Shown here one piece after another: positions 1 to 8,965 of a stretch of 13,958 bases of DNA. The position numbers were made by a program, and so were the translations under genes. The notes under the pieces are model-generated. The model had not been told where the DNA came from, ran no database searches, and saw only the letters and a program-made list of their open reading frames with translations. Location of the stretch: NCBI RefSeq assembly GCF_006345805.1, contig NW_021826036.1, positions 1 through 13,958 of the forward strand, read 5' to 3'. Each line of letters opens with the position of its first letter. Positions within the stretch are counted from its first letter, which is position 1. The stretch is from Octopus sinensis (Eukaryota).

Positions 1-101
1 CTTTGCCTGGAAAGCACCGCCGGACCTTGGAATAATTTGGTGCCGGGTCACACAAAAAGAATGTATATTTAAATTTCATTTCTATTTTAATGATTATCGC
101 A

Positions 102-173
102 ATTAGATTGCGGCCATACTGGGGCATCACCTTGATGAAGTTTAGTCGAACGAATCAAGCCCATGAACGAGCC
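102..173 (-). mobile_element. SINE family A (CORE-type), 3' tail fragment
   Basis: gattgcggccatactggggcatcaccttg...tagtcgaacgaatc is a diverged reverse complement of the tail seen at 500-560 and 5385-5450 (gtcga...ggcggtgctccagcatggccgcagtc). Confidence 0.7.
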
Positions 174-240
174 CGTTTCTTAAAAGCTTCATTTTCGTAG
201 CTGAGAACACATATTCTCTACAAACTGTAGCATTGCAGTT

Positions 241-575
241 GTGTGTGTATGTGTGAGTGTGTGTATGTGTGTGTATGTATGTGTGTGTATATATAATAAT
301 ATAAAAAATATATATAGGCATGTATACATACATATATGTACATACTAACACACACACACATACATACATATATGTATATGTCTGTGTGTGTGTTTGTGTG
401 TCTGTGTTTGTCCACCCACAACATCGCTTGACAACCAATGCAGGTGTGTTTACGTCCCCGTAACTTAGCGGTTCGGCAAAAGAGACCGATAGAATAAATC
501 CTGGGATCGACTAAAGGCGGTGCTCCAGCATGACCGCAGTCAAATGACTGAAACAAGTGAAAGAGTAAAAGAGTA
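241..575 (+). mobile_element. SINE family A, 3' half (internal TG/TA microsatellite plus body and tail, no tRNA head)
   Basis: After mixed (TG)n/(TA)n: catcgcttgacaacc...gtaacttagcggttcggcaaaagagaccgatagaata...ggcggtgctccagcatgaccgcagtcaaatgactgaaacaag and an aaagagt-repeat tail. Matches the copies at 4936-5220 (-) and 5221-5474 (+). Confidence 0.85.
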
Positions 576-898
576 TATATATTGACAACATAGCAATAAT
601 GTATAAATCCGGAAATGAATGATAACAGACGATAAATGTCATTTATCCATCGTCTGTTTTTATTCATTTGCTTATAATACGACACGTCAGACGTTCTAGA
701 GTATACCAAACAACGTTTGATCAACACAACGTATGCTTTGGACCAGCCCTGAGGTGCTAAATACTCGCAGGGGTGGTTTTCTCTGAGTTTACAACCTGAA
801 TATTTACGGGATATTTATTCGACCAAAGGTAGTGATCACATATTAACTTAACCCTACTTGGTGCATATCATTCAAGTACCCGACTATCTCAAGATCCT

Positions 899-982
899 TA
901 TATATATATATATATATAATATTATATATATATATATATGTATCATATATATATATATATATATAATATATATTATATAGTA
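899..982. repeat. (TA)n microsatellite
   Basis: Direct reading. Confidence 0.95.
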
Positions 983-1350
983 TACAGCCGGATATTATCG
1001 GTAAAGGTTTTAGTTGACATTCTGTACAAGAGATTGTAGATCTACAGCGCCAGTAACAGTTAAGCTTCGTGCAATGGCCATACTCGATAACGAGGGGGCA
1101 GCCATAATATATACACGCATATATGTTTGGGATAGTGAATTGTGAAGTAAAGAGCAGATAAAAACTATTAAGAAATGAAATTATATAACTGCAGACGCAA
1201 AATGGTAGAATAATTAGAAGAAAAAGAAGAAACACGAACCTTTTGCAAATCAAATATATTCTATCGCATATTTTTAATAGTTTTGGAGTGTGAATCTTTT
1301 CAAAGTGACTATATTTGCTTTAAGCTCTTTGACTCTTGGAATATATTTAC

Positions 1351-1368
1351 TTAAGAGCTTTCTCGGAT
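1351..1368 (-). other. Candidate 18-nt micro-exon (weak)
   Basis: Minus strand reads tttatattccttctacag|ATCCGAGAAAGCTCTTAA|gtaaat. Good acceptor, moderate donor, length a multiple of 3. Confidence 0.25.
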
Positions 1369-1436
1369 CTGTAGAAGGAATATAAATCCATCCTATTGAA
1401 AGAAATTATTCTAACGTATTCGCAAACGGTATTTGC

Positions 1437-1592
1437 AACCCCCAAACCACAAAAACAAAAAACCCAAAAAAAATCAAGACAAAAACAAGGGCAAAACGAA
1501 GACAAAAAATAAAAACAGAAACAAAAGCAAAACGGAAACAAAAAAACAACAAAAAAACAACAGAAGCCAAAACAACAAACGAAAAAGAAAAC
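1437..1592. repeat. A-rich (CAAAA-like) low-complexity tract
   Basis: Direct reading; it accounts for the K/N-rich and F-rich ORFs at 1347-1624. Confidence 0.9.
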
Positions 1593-1681
1593 AAGTGGAA
1601 TTGTTAACCTGGAACGTGTGGTAGAATAGTTATAGTCTTCATTTAATTAGACGGGATTACTCTCATAAACTAGTGTCCGAT

Positions 1682-1687
1682 TTATTA

Positions 1688-1727
<40 letters not shown>

Positions 1728-1794
1728 CGTCGTCGTTGTTGTTGTTTTTGTTTTTGTTGTTGTTGTTTTTGTTGTTGTTGTTGTTGTTGTTGTT
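1682..1794. repeat. Compound (TTA)n-(TTG)n microsatellite
   Basis: Direct reading; it accounts for the poly-L ORF. Confidence 0.95.
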
Positions 1795-1928
1795 TCACAA
1801 AGGGTATAGAAAGATTAATGTCTCTGAAAAATTTTTTGTACAAAACAGAAAAAGATAATTGAAGCAACCAGCAGAACTTCTTAAAATTTTGAATAGCCCA
1901 GCATATTAGTTATATCTGAACGTTAGAT

Positions 1929-2022
1929 TTCTCTCCTCTCTTTGTCTCGCTCCTCTCATCTCTATCTCTCTCTTCTGTCTCTCTCTTCTCTCTCTCTCTC
2001 CTCTCTCTCTCCTCTCTCTCTC

Positions 2023-2082
<60 letters not shown>
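1929..2082. repeat. (CT)n microsatellite
   Basis: Direct reading; it accounts for the RE-repeat and LS-repeat ORFs. Confidence 0.95.
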
Positions 2083-2085
<3 letters not shown>

Positions 2086-2606
2086 GGAAAATCCATTGTT
2101 TACAAACAGAGATCGATCTCATTAAATATTATAATTATTTTTCCTCATCATTAAATATTATAATTCTTTTTCTTCCCAGATTTGTTATTACAATAATTAT
2201 TAGGAATGCAAACTGAAGACAAAAAAAAAAAACAACAAAAAAACAAACAAACAAACAAATGCGTAAAAAACGTCAGACATTCTATAATGATATCGAAATA
2301 AGTTCGGAAAGTGGGGTCGCTTGAGTCCTACAACAGATTGTTTGCTAACGAAGGGGCTGAAAAAAAAATAGCGTTTGGAATGTTTTTTTTGCGAGCGACT
2401 TCAAAAAGATATTTATTAAGGATCTTTATTAACAGGATATTTATTACGAGGAGGGACTTTTAAAAATATTTCACAGGATTTTGATGGGCAAAACATATCA
2501 AGGCTTGTTCAGAATGTTTAGTCGATTTGGTCCGGCAACCAAAACTATTTCCTATTGACTTTGATGATTTTATTGTTATTTTTGACGCCACAGAAAAAAA
2601 ATTGGT

Positions 2607-2870
2607 GAAAGGTACGTGGCCTTGTGGTTAGGATGTTGTATACCAGCTCGGAAGATCGTGGTTTCGGTTCCCGGACCGAAAGATGCTTTGTGTTCTTGAA
2701 TAAATCGCTTAATTTCCCGATGCTCCGGTCTATTCTGTTGTAAAATGTGTAACCTTGCGACGGAATGGCGTCCCGATCAAGGGAGTCAACGAGTGTGTTG
2801 TGATATTGATCTCTTGCACACCATGGAAAGCAGGTAACCGATTCTATTCGTCCCAGAACACGAGATAGTA
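2607..2870 (+). mobile_element. Old tRNA-derived SINE (family D) with possible V-domain-like core; 3' end uncertain
   Basis: Box A-like tggccttgtgg (2617-2627) and box B-like ggtttcggttccc (2660-2672), then tgtgttcttgaataaatcgctt and aaccttgcgacggaatggcgtcccgatcaaggg (2751-2783). The last motif resembles the V-SINE core as I recall it. Confidence 0.55.
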
Positions 2871-2879
2871 ATATCCAGC

Positions 2880-2972
2880 AGTTGTTGCCATTGTTGCTTT
2901 TGTTGTTGATGATGGTGATGAATATGAAGATGACGACGATGATGACGATGACGACGGCAACGACGATGGTGA
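2880..2972. repeat. Mixed (TGT)/(GAT)/(GAC) triplet repeat
   Basis: Direct reading. Confidence 0.85.
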
Positions 2973-3903
2973 TATGAAATTGCACAAACTTGCATCGTTG
3001 TTTCTTTGTTGGCTCCTGAATGACTGCAAATGCTGATAAAAGCGAATTTTGAAGGAATTCATTATCAGTCCATTACATGATTTCAAAACATTATTTGCTT
3101 CAACAGTTGCACAGTGAATAAGACTTTTAGCAGTGCATCAACTCTTTAGTGGACATCCATTCGTATGTGTGTAATTACAAGATGTTGATTGCTGGTTTTG
3201 TAATAGAAAGGAATACTTGCATCTGTTCGTATGCGATAATGATTGTCCAAAATTAACTGTAGCTTGAATATGAGAAAATTTTACAGTTTTTATCGAAATT
3301 CTTATAAAACATATGGTTGGGAAGTGTTTAGCAACAATTTAAGAAATTTTTGGCTACAGGGAGTCAAGAATTCTTGACTAAAAGGAGGATTACACTAATT
3401 TATAATCTTACTTCTAATTTCATTCTTAGTGATATTACGTGGGGGATTAACAAGAAGATTATACTAACTTTTAATTTTATTTCAGGTTGTATGAGGTGGT
3501 AGGCTGTCTCTTTTGATGTAATTAATTTTGTTAATTGAAACTACTATGTTGTAAGAACTTTGCTTCATTATAGGAAAGGTTATAGATACGTAAAGATATA
3601 TTTATAACTAGCTTGCTTAAAAATTGTATTGTGTGATTCGATTGTCTGTTGATGTTATACAGTGAACGATAGGTCATTGCTGTTTTTAGAGTGAGCATTA
3701 TCATCAAGATAATAATTGACTACATTAAAATTATATTCAATTATTCTCGTCAAATTAAATTCCTTGAAAAATGTTAGAGTTCATCCCAGAATCTTTCAGA
3801 ATTTTAATAGTAGTTTCTGATTATCAACAAACCGTTATCTTCATAAAAACCTCTGATAATATATAATAGGGAAACTTAGTGTGTAAGTGGTTTACGATAT
3901 GTA

Positions 3904-4292
3904 TATGGAAGCACTCCGTCGGTTACGACGATGAGGGTTCCGGTTGATCCGAATCAACGGAACAGCCTGCTCGTGAAATTAACGTGTAAGTGGCTGAGCA
4001 CTCCACAGACACGTGTACCCTTAACGTAGTTCTCGGGGATATTCAGCGTGACACAGAGAGTGACAAGGCCGGCCCTTTGAAATACAGGTACATAAGAAAC
4101 AGGAAGTAAGAGTGAGAGAAAGTTGTGGTGAAAGAGTACAGCAGGGATCACCACCATCCCCTGCCGGAGCCTCGTGGAGCTTTTAGGTGTTTTCGCTCAA
4201 TAAACACTCACAACGCCCGGTCTGGGAATCGAAACCGCGATCCTATGACCGCGAGTCCGCTGCCCTAACCACTGGGCCATTGCGTCTCCACC
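3904..4292 (-). mobile_element. Full-length tRNA-derived SINE (family C) with a 12-bp target-site duplication
   Basis: Minus-strand head GTGGAGACGCAATGGCCCAGTGGTTAGGGCAGCGGACTCGCGGTCATAGGATCGCGGTTTCGATTCCCAGACC has box A (TGGCCCAGTGG) and box B (GGTTTCGATTCC). It is flanked by ttacgatatgta (3892-3903) and ttatgatatgta (4293-4304), and has two stem-loops near the 3' end (3917-3930, 3937-3963). Confidence 0.85.
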
Positions 4293-4935
4293 TTATGATA
4301 TGTAGTCTCAATATGTCGCTTAACTCATCTGGCTGAGACCCTTGCTTCCTGACTCACATCAAAAGAAACATTAGAAAACCGTTTTTTCCCTTCGAATACT
4401 ATTGCTATAAAAAAAAACAAAAAGAGTTTGTAACCTATAAATAATAATTTTGGAACTTCTAACGAAAATGGAATGCATCGTTTAAAAGATGGTTTTATCT
4501 CCAATCCCAAACTAAACGAAACAGCAATTTTATTTGATAGATATTGATTTCAATCAAGAGATTACACAGTTGGTGTTTTTCCAGTTTTACCAAAGGAGTA
4601 AATGAAACCCAATTTTCATTAGGTTATCTATAAAACATGAGCGCTGATAACGTTAAATATCCGCTTTGGTAAGGGTTAACAAGTCCTGTCGAGCGATTGT
4701 TAGCAGAATTTATGACGTGACATCATAGTATAAAATACAGGTTTCATAACGATGGGGACTTTACTCTAAGTTCCATATTTAATTCGGTGACGATGTTTTT
4801 CGTTTCGCTGTTGTTATTATCATGTAAAGTTATAAAGTTCGATCTTTTGCAATTGTTGGTTATGGAATTAGATAAGAATTTTATGTTATTTTCATTTATC
4901 TGTTTCATTGCGTTTTGTACGAAGGTACACAGTTT

Positions 4936-5220
4936 TTCTTTCATTCTTTCATTTGTTTTTAAGTCATTCGACTGCGGCCACGCTGGAGCACCACCTTAAA
5001 TGGTTCTAGTCGAGCAGATCGACCCAGGACTCATTCTTTTGTAAGCCTAGTACCTTATTCTATCGATCTCTTTTGCCGAACTGCTAAGTTACGGGGTCGT
5101 AAACACACCAGCATCGGTTGTCAAGCGATGGTGGGGGCACAAACACAGACACAAAGACAAACACACACACACACAAGAACACACACACAAACATACACAC
5201 ATACATACATACACACATAT
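4936..5220 (-). mobile_element. SINE family A, 3' half
   Basis: gtcattcgactgcggccacgctggagcaccacc...cttttgccgaactgctaagttacgggg...catcggttgtcaagcgatg, running into (CA)n. Reverse complement of the 380-575 body. Confidence 0.85.
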
Positions 5221-5474
5221 ATATGTATATGTCTGAGTGTGTGTGTGTCTTTGTGTCCCCCCCCCTACTACACCGTTTGTCACCCGGTGTTTATATTTTT
5301 AAGTCAGTATAACTTAGCGGTTCGGCAAAAGAGAACCGATAGAATAAATACCCGGCTTAAAAAGAAAAAAATAAGTCCTGGGGTCGATTTGTTTGACTAA
5401 ACATTCTTCAAGGCGGTGCTCCAGCATGGCCTCAATGTAACCACTGAAACAAGTACAGGAAAGATAAAAGATAA
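5221..5474 (+). mobile_element. SINE family A, 3' half, inverted relative to 4936-5220
   Basis: (TG)n, then taacttagcggttcggcaaaagagaaccgatagaata...gtcctggggtcgattt...ggcggtgctccagcatggcc...actgaaacaag and an aaagat-repeat tail. Confidence 0.85.
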
Positions 5475-5475
5475 C

Positions 5476-5684
5476 AACAGCTGCAGCAGCAACAGCTGCA
5501 GCGGCAGCAGCAGCAACAACAACAACAACAACAAAATTTCTACCGATCTAGGTTTATCAATTTCTTTTGGCCTAATAATAATGCAAAAACAAAAAAACAA
5601 AACAAACAAACAAAACAATCGATGCATCAATCAGTCAGTCAATCAATCAGTCAGTCAATCAATCAACAGTCAATCAATCAATCA
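5476..5684. repeat. (CAG/CAA)n at 5476-5535 and (TCAA/TCAG)n at 5627-5684
   Basis: Direct reading; they account for the S/N-rich and Q-rich ORF 5416-5718. Confidence 0.9.
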
Positions 5685-5865
5685 AATGATTTCTATTTTA
5701 TTTTCCAATGTTCAATAGCTTTTACATGACTTGATTGTAGAGCCACAATATGGCGTCCATTTCATTTTTTCCTGTTTTCTGTTTTCCTTTGCATGAAACA
5801 AACGAAATTTCCCCTGATAGTTGACTTGCTCAACCGTCGAATATTCTTCACCTATTTTAACTTAC

Positions 5866-5877
5866 CGTTGTTCGTAG
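5866..5877 (-). other. Candidate 12-nt micro-exon CTACGAACAACG
   Basis: Minus strand reads cattttctttttctgtttctttttttttaag|CTACGAACAACG|gtaagt: a ~28-nt pyrimidine tract, AG at 5879-5878 and consensus donor GTAAGT at 5865-5860. Confidence 0.5.
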
Positions 5878-5922
5878 CTTAAAAAAAAAGAAACAGAAAA
5901 AGAAAATGTTATGTCTGTGTTT

Positions 5923-6046
5923 AAGTTGGCGAGCTAGAAGAATCGTTTGCCATTCCGGACAAAATGCTCAGCAGCGTTTCGTCCGTCCGTCTTTGCGTTC
6001 TGAGTTCTAAATTGCGTTCCAGGTCCATTTTGTCGTCTTTCATTCT
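5923..6046 (+). mobile_element. SINE family B, diverged 5' half
   Basis: ggcgagctagaagaatcgtt...aaatgctcagc...gcgttctgagttctaaatt matches the head at 11186-11080 (-) and 11427-11500 (+). Confidence 0.7.
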
Positions 6047-6257
6047 GATGTGTGTGTGTAAGTGTTAATAATATCTTTATGTGTGCGCGCGTGTTTGTTG
6101 AAACGAATGAATAATTTGCATATCCACCGAGTACTTTACCCCACCTATAATCCCAAATGTGTTGAGAGCAACTGAAGCAAGAAGATTCGCCCTGAGCAGG
6201 AGAACCATTGGAAAGGAGTGAAAGGTTTCCATGATAAGTAGAAACATAAAGTAAACA

Positions 6258-6311
6258 TACATACACATGTATGTATACATATACATATATATATATATTA
6301 TATATATATAT

Positions 6312-6348
<37 letters not shown>

Positions 6349-6430
6349 ATAATAAATAAATAAAAATATATATATATATAGATATATAATAAAAAATATA
6401 TATATAATATATATATATATACATATATAA
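6258..6430. repeat. (TA)n-rich microsatellite abutting the palindrome
   Basis: Direct reading. Confidence 0.95.
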
Positions 6431-6520
6431 AATATTATTAGAGACAAAACCACTATTTTGCAAAACAAACAAGGAAAGAGTAATCAATACATAAAATTTT
6501 AATAAATAGTCAAAAAACCG

Positions 6521-6563
6521 CCACTACAATTGTTTCTTGTCTTGATCGACAATCTTCAGGTGG
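6521..6563 (-). ncRNA. Minimal type I hammerhead ribozyme motif with palindromic stem III
   Basis: CCAC-CUGAAGA-UUGUC-GAUCAA-GACAA-GAAA-CAAUUG-UA^GUGG. Stem I CCAC/GUGG, intact core, 5-bp stem II, stem III ACAAUUGU self-complementary, GUA cleavage triplet (cut between 6525 and 6524). Confidence 0.75.
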
Positions 6564-6619
6564 ACTTCCCATAAGTCAGTTTCAAATTATTCATAATTTG
6601 AAACTGACTTATTGGAAGT

Positions 6620-6663
6620 CCACCTGAAGATTGTCGATCAAGACAAGAAACAATGTGTAGTGG
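6620..6663 (+). ncRNA. Minimal type I hammerhead ribozyme motif, second copy
   Basis: CCAC-CUGAAGA-UUGUC-GAUCAA-GACAA-GAAA-CAAUGUG-UA^GUGG (cut between 6659 and 6660). One extra G breaks the stem III palindrome. Confidence 0.7.
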
Positions 6664-6837
6664 CGGTTTTTTTTGACTATTTATTAAAATTTTATGTATT
6701 GATTAAGTCTTCCTTGTTTGTTTTGCAAAATAGTGGTTTTGTCTCTAATAATTTTTAAATATTTACTAAAAAATTGATTTAATCCTAAATCTGATTTTTT
6801 CCCTGTAAATTTGGATTTATTCCTAATATTTATTATG

Positions 6838-6838
<1 letters not shown>

Positions 6839-6915
<77 letters not shown>

Positions 6916-6930
6916 TAGATAGATAGATAG

Positions 6931-6984
<54 letters not shown>

Positions 6985-7016
6985 TAGATTGATAGATAGA
7001 TGATAGATAGATAGAT
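6839..7016. repeat. Compound (TA)n-(GATA)n microsatellite
   Basis: Direct reading. Confidence 0.95.
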
Positions 7017-7136
7017 TTAAATATTACGTTAGGAACGTACTAGAGGTCGTTCACCCTTAAACTGCCAGCGTCTACTAGATTCAAAAGAGACAGCTGAATG
7101 TGTTTTCTACCTTGTTTCACATTTATGTCGTACTTT

Positions 7137-7138
<2 letters not shown>

Positions 7139-7178
<40 letters not shown>

Positions 7179-7210
7179 CTATATAATATATATATATATA
7201 TATATATATT
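7139..7210. repeat. (TA)n microsatellite
   Basis: Direct reading. Confidence 0.95.
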
Positions 7211-7829
7211 ACGCCTTCTGGGTCCAGCTCGCTTTGCTTTGAAACAATGCAGTCCGGATCTTACCTGCTCCTGTATTCGCATTCGTACACCTGGCCGCCC
7301 TGGTGTACCACCAACCGTGGAATATATAAAGAACTTTTTTCAGAAAAATAATCTACAACCTACCGTCTCAATAAACCACTCTTGCCTCTGAAAGTTGTTT
7401 TTTTTTTAATATTTACTACGGATTGTTTGAAGCTAACTTTTTTCCTACACCTCGATCCCTGGGCCTTATATATATATATATATATATGATGTGTTGCGAA
7501 TTTATGGAAAGAAATCCTGTAAAACTCAACAATCCAGTTTAAAAATGGAGAAGAGAAGTTGTTAAAATATATATAAGAGAATTTTAATCAATGCAAACGA
7601 TCGTTTCGTACAGATATAAAAATAATGCAAATTCATTATCGAATTCAATTGAATTGAATTAATTAAATAAATTAATTATATATCAATGTACTCTCTCGAG
7701 TCAAGACTATTGAAAAGGCTGCAAGAGGCAACGAAAATAAAAAATAAGAAATAAGTGGAAATTTTACCGGTGAGTGTGTTTTATATTATAAGGCACAAAA
7801 AGAAGAAATGACTCTCCCCCCAGACAACA

Positions 7830-7877
<48 letters not shown>

Positions 7878-7888
7878 ATATATATATA

Positions 7889-7923
<35 letters not shown>
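7830..7923. repeat. (TA)n microsatellite
   Basis: Direct reading. Confidence 0.95.
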
Positions 7924-8062
7924 CGTGTATACACACATGTGTGCAGTAACACGCGCGTATTTCAATTAACGTTTAGATATTCCGATAGAATTCTATTTCC
8001 TTCCTTTCACATGTTTTCTTTCGACCCTCTTTCAACCCCCTCTTTCGCCTCCCTTTTTTTTT

Positions 8063-8530
8063 TCATTTCTTTCGACTATCATCAACTTCACACGTAGCAT
8101 CAGCATCATTTATCATCCTCCTCATCACCACTGCCACCGCTATCACACCACCACCACCACCACCGCCACCACTTCCACCGCTGCCGCCGCAAATATCATC
8201 ATCATAATCATCATCATCATCATCTTCTTCACCATCTTCTTCGTCTTTTTCTACTTCTTTCGTCTTCGTTTTCTTCTGCTTCCTATTCTTCTTCTGCCTC
8301 CTGCCCGTTCTCCTCGTTCTCAATTTCATCATCATCCTCATTCTTATCAGCGTTCTCATCGACTTCACCATCACCACCACCACCACCACCACCACCACCA
8401 CCACCACCACCACCACCACCACCACCTTCCGCTGCCGCCCGCCCGCCGCCACCACCACCACCACCACCACCATCACCACCACCACCACCACCACCACCAC
8501 CACCACCAACATCAACATCATTATCATCAA
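8063..8530. repeat. Mosaic of triplet repeats (CAT, CAC, TCT, GCC)
   Basis: Direct reading; it yields the poly-V/D/G ORF on the minus strand. Confidence 0.9.
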
Positions 8531-8601
8531 CTCATTCTCTCCCTTTTCTTTTGGAGTACTGTCTTCTAATCAACCTACTTCCATCCGCATCTTCCTGTGT
8601 C

Positions 8602-8614
8602 ATCACACACACGA

Positions 8615-8650
<36 letters not shown>

Positions 8651-8694
8651 AGAGAGAGAGAGAGAAAGACAAGAGACAAGAGAAAGAGGAAAGA

Positions 8695-8751
<57 letters not shown>

Positions 8752-8965
8752 GAGAATGAGAGAAAGGGATAAGTATCTAATACACACATACACACGCACA
8801 CTTATACCAACAAACGCGCAACACAGCAAATAAACACGTAAACATACACACCTACACACATCACTCAATCTCTCTTTCTCTGTCTGTCACACAGACGCAC
8901 ACCCACACACGCACACACACACACACACAACACACACAACACACACACACACGCTCACACACAAA
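8602..8965. repeat. (CA)n-(GA)n-(GAAA)n compound microsatellite and a further (CA)n
   Basis: Direct reading. Confidence 0.9.

Larger units (their letters stand above)
6434..6752. mobile_element. ~320-bp near-perfect inverted repeat; probable fold-back pair of Penelope-like pseudo-LTR fragments
   Basis: Arms 6434-6590 and 6593-6752 are reverse complements apart from a few substitutions and small indels, with a 2-nt spacer (caaattat-tc-ataatttg). Each arm contains a hammerhead motif. Confidence 0.75.

Noticed and set aside
142-727. 98-aa and 169-aa minus-strand ORFs
   Set aside because: They are translations of SINE A and its microsatellite; the same FDCGHAGAPP peptide recurs in ORF 4787-4999.
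2545-2985. 146-aa ORF
   Set aside because: It is the antisense of a SINE plus a triplet repeat.
4215-4292. tRNA-like sequence with A and B boxes
   Set aside because: It is a SINE head continuous with the body and bounded by a TSD, and I could not build a full cloverleaf.
4744-4944. 66-aa N/K-rich ORF
   Set aside because: AT-rich composition, no recognisable domain and no splice signals.
5746-5757. YY1-like motif CAATATGGCGTC
   Set aside because: A single short motif with no other promoter evidence.
6114-6121. Octamer ATTTGCAT
   Set aside because: An 8-mer is expected by chance in 14 kb of AT-rich DNA, and there is no snRNA gene or PSE nearby.
7768-7778. Plus-strand donor-like CCG|GTGAGT
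   Set aside because: No matching acceptor or open exon upstream.
8063-8530. 155-aa ORF with poly-V/D/G runs
   Set aside because: It is a by-product of stop-free triplet repeats, with no domain and no splice support.
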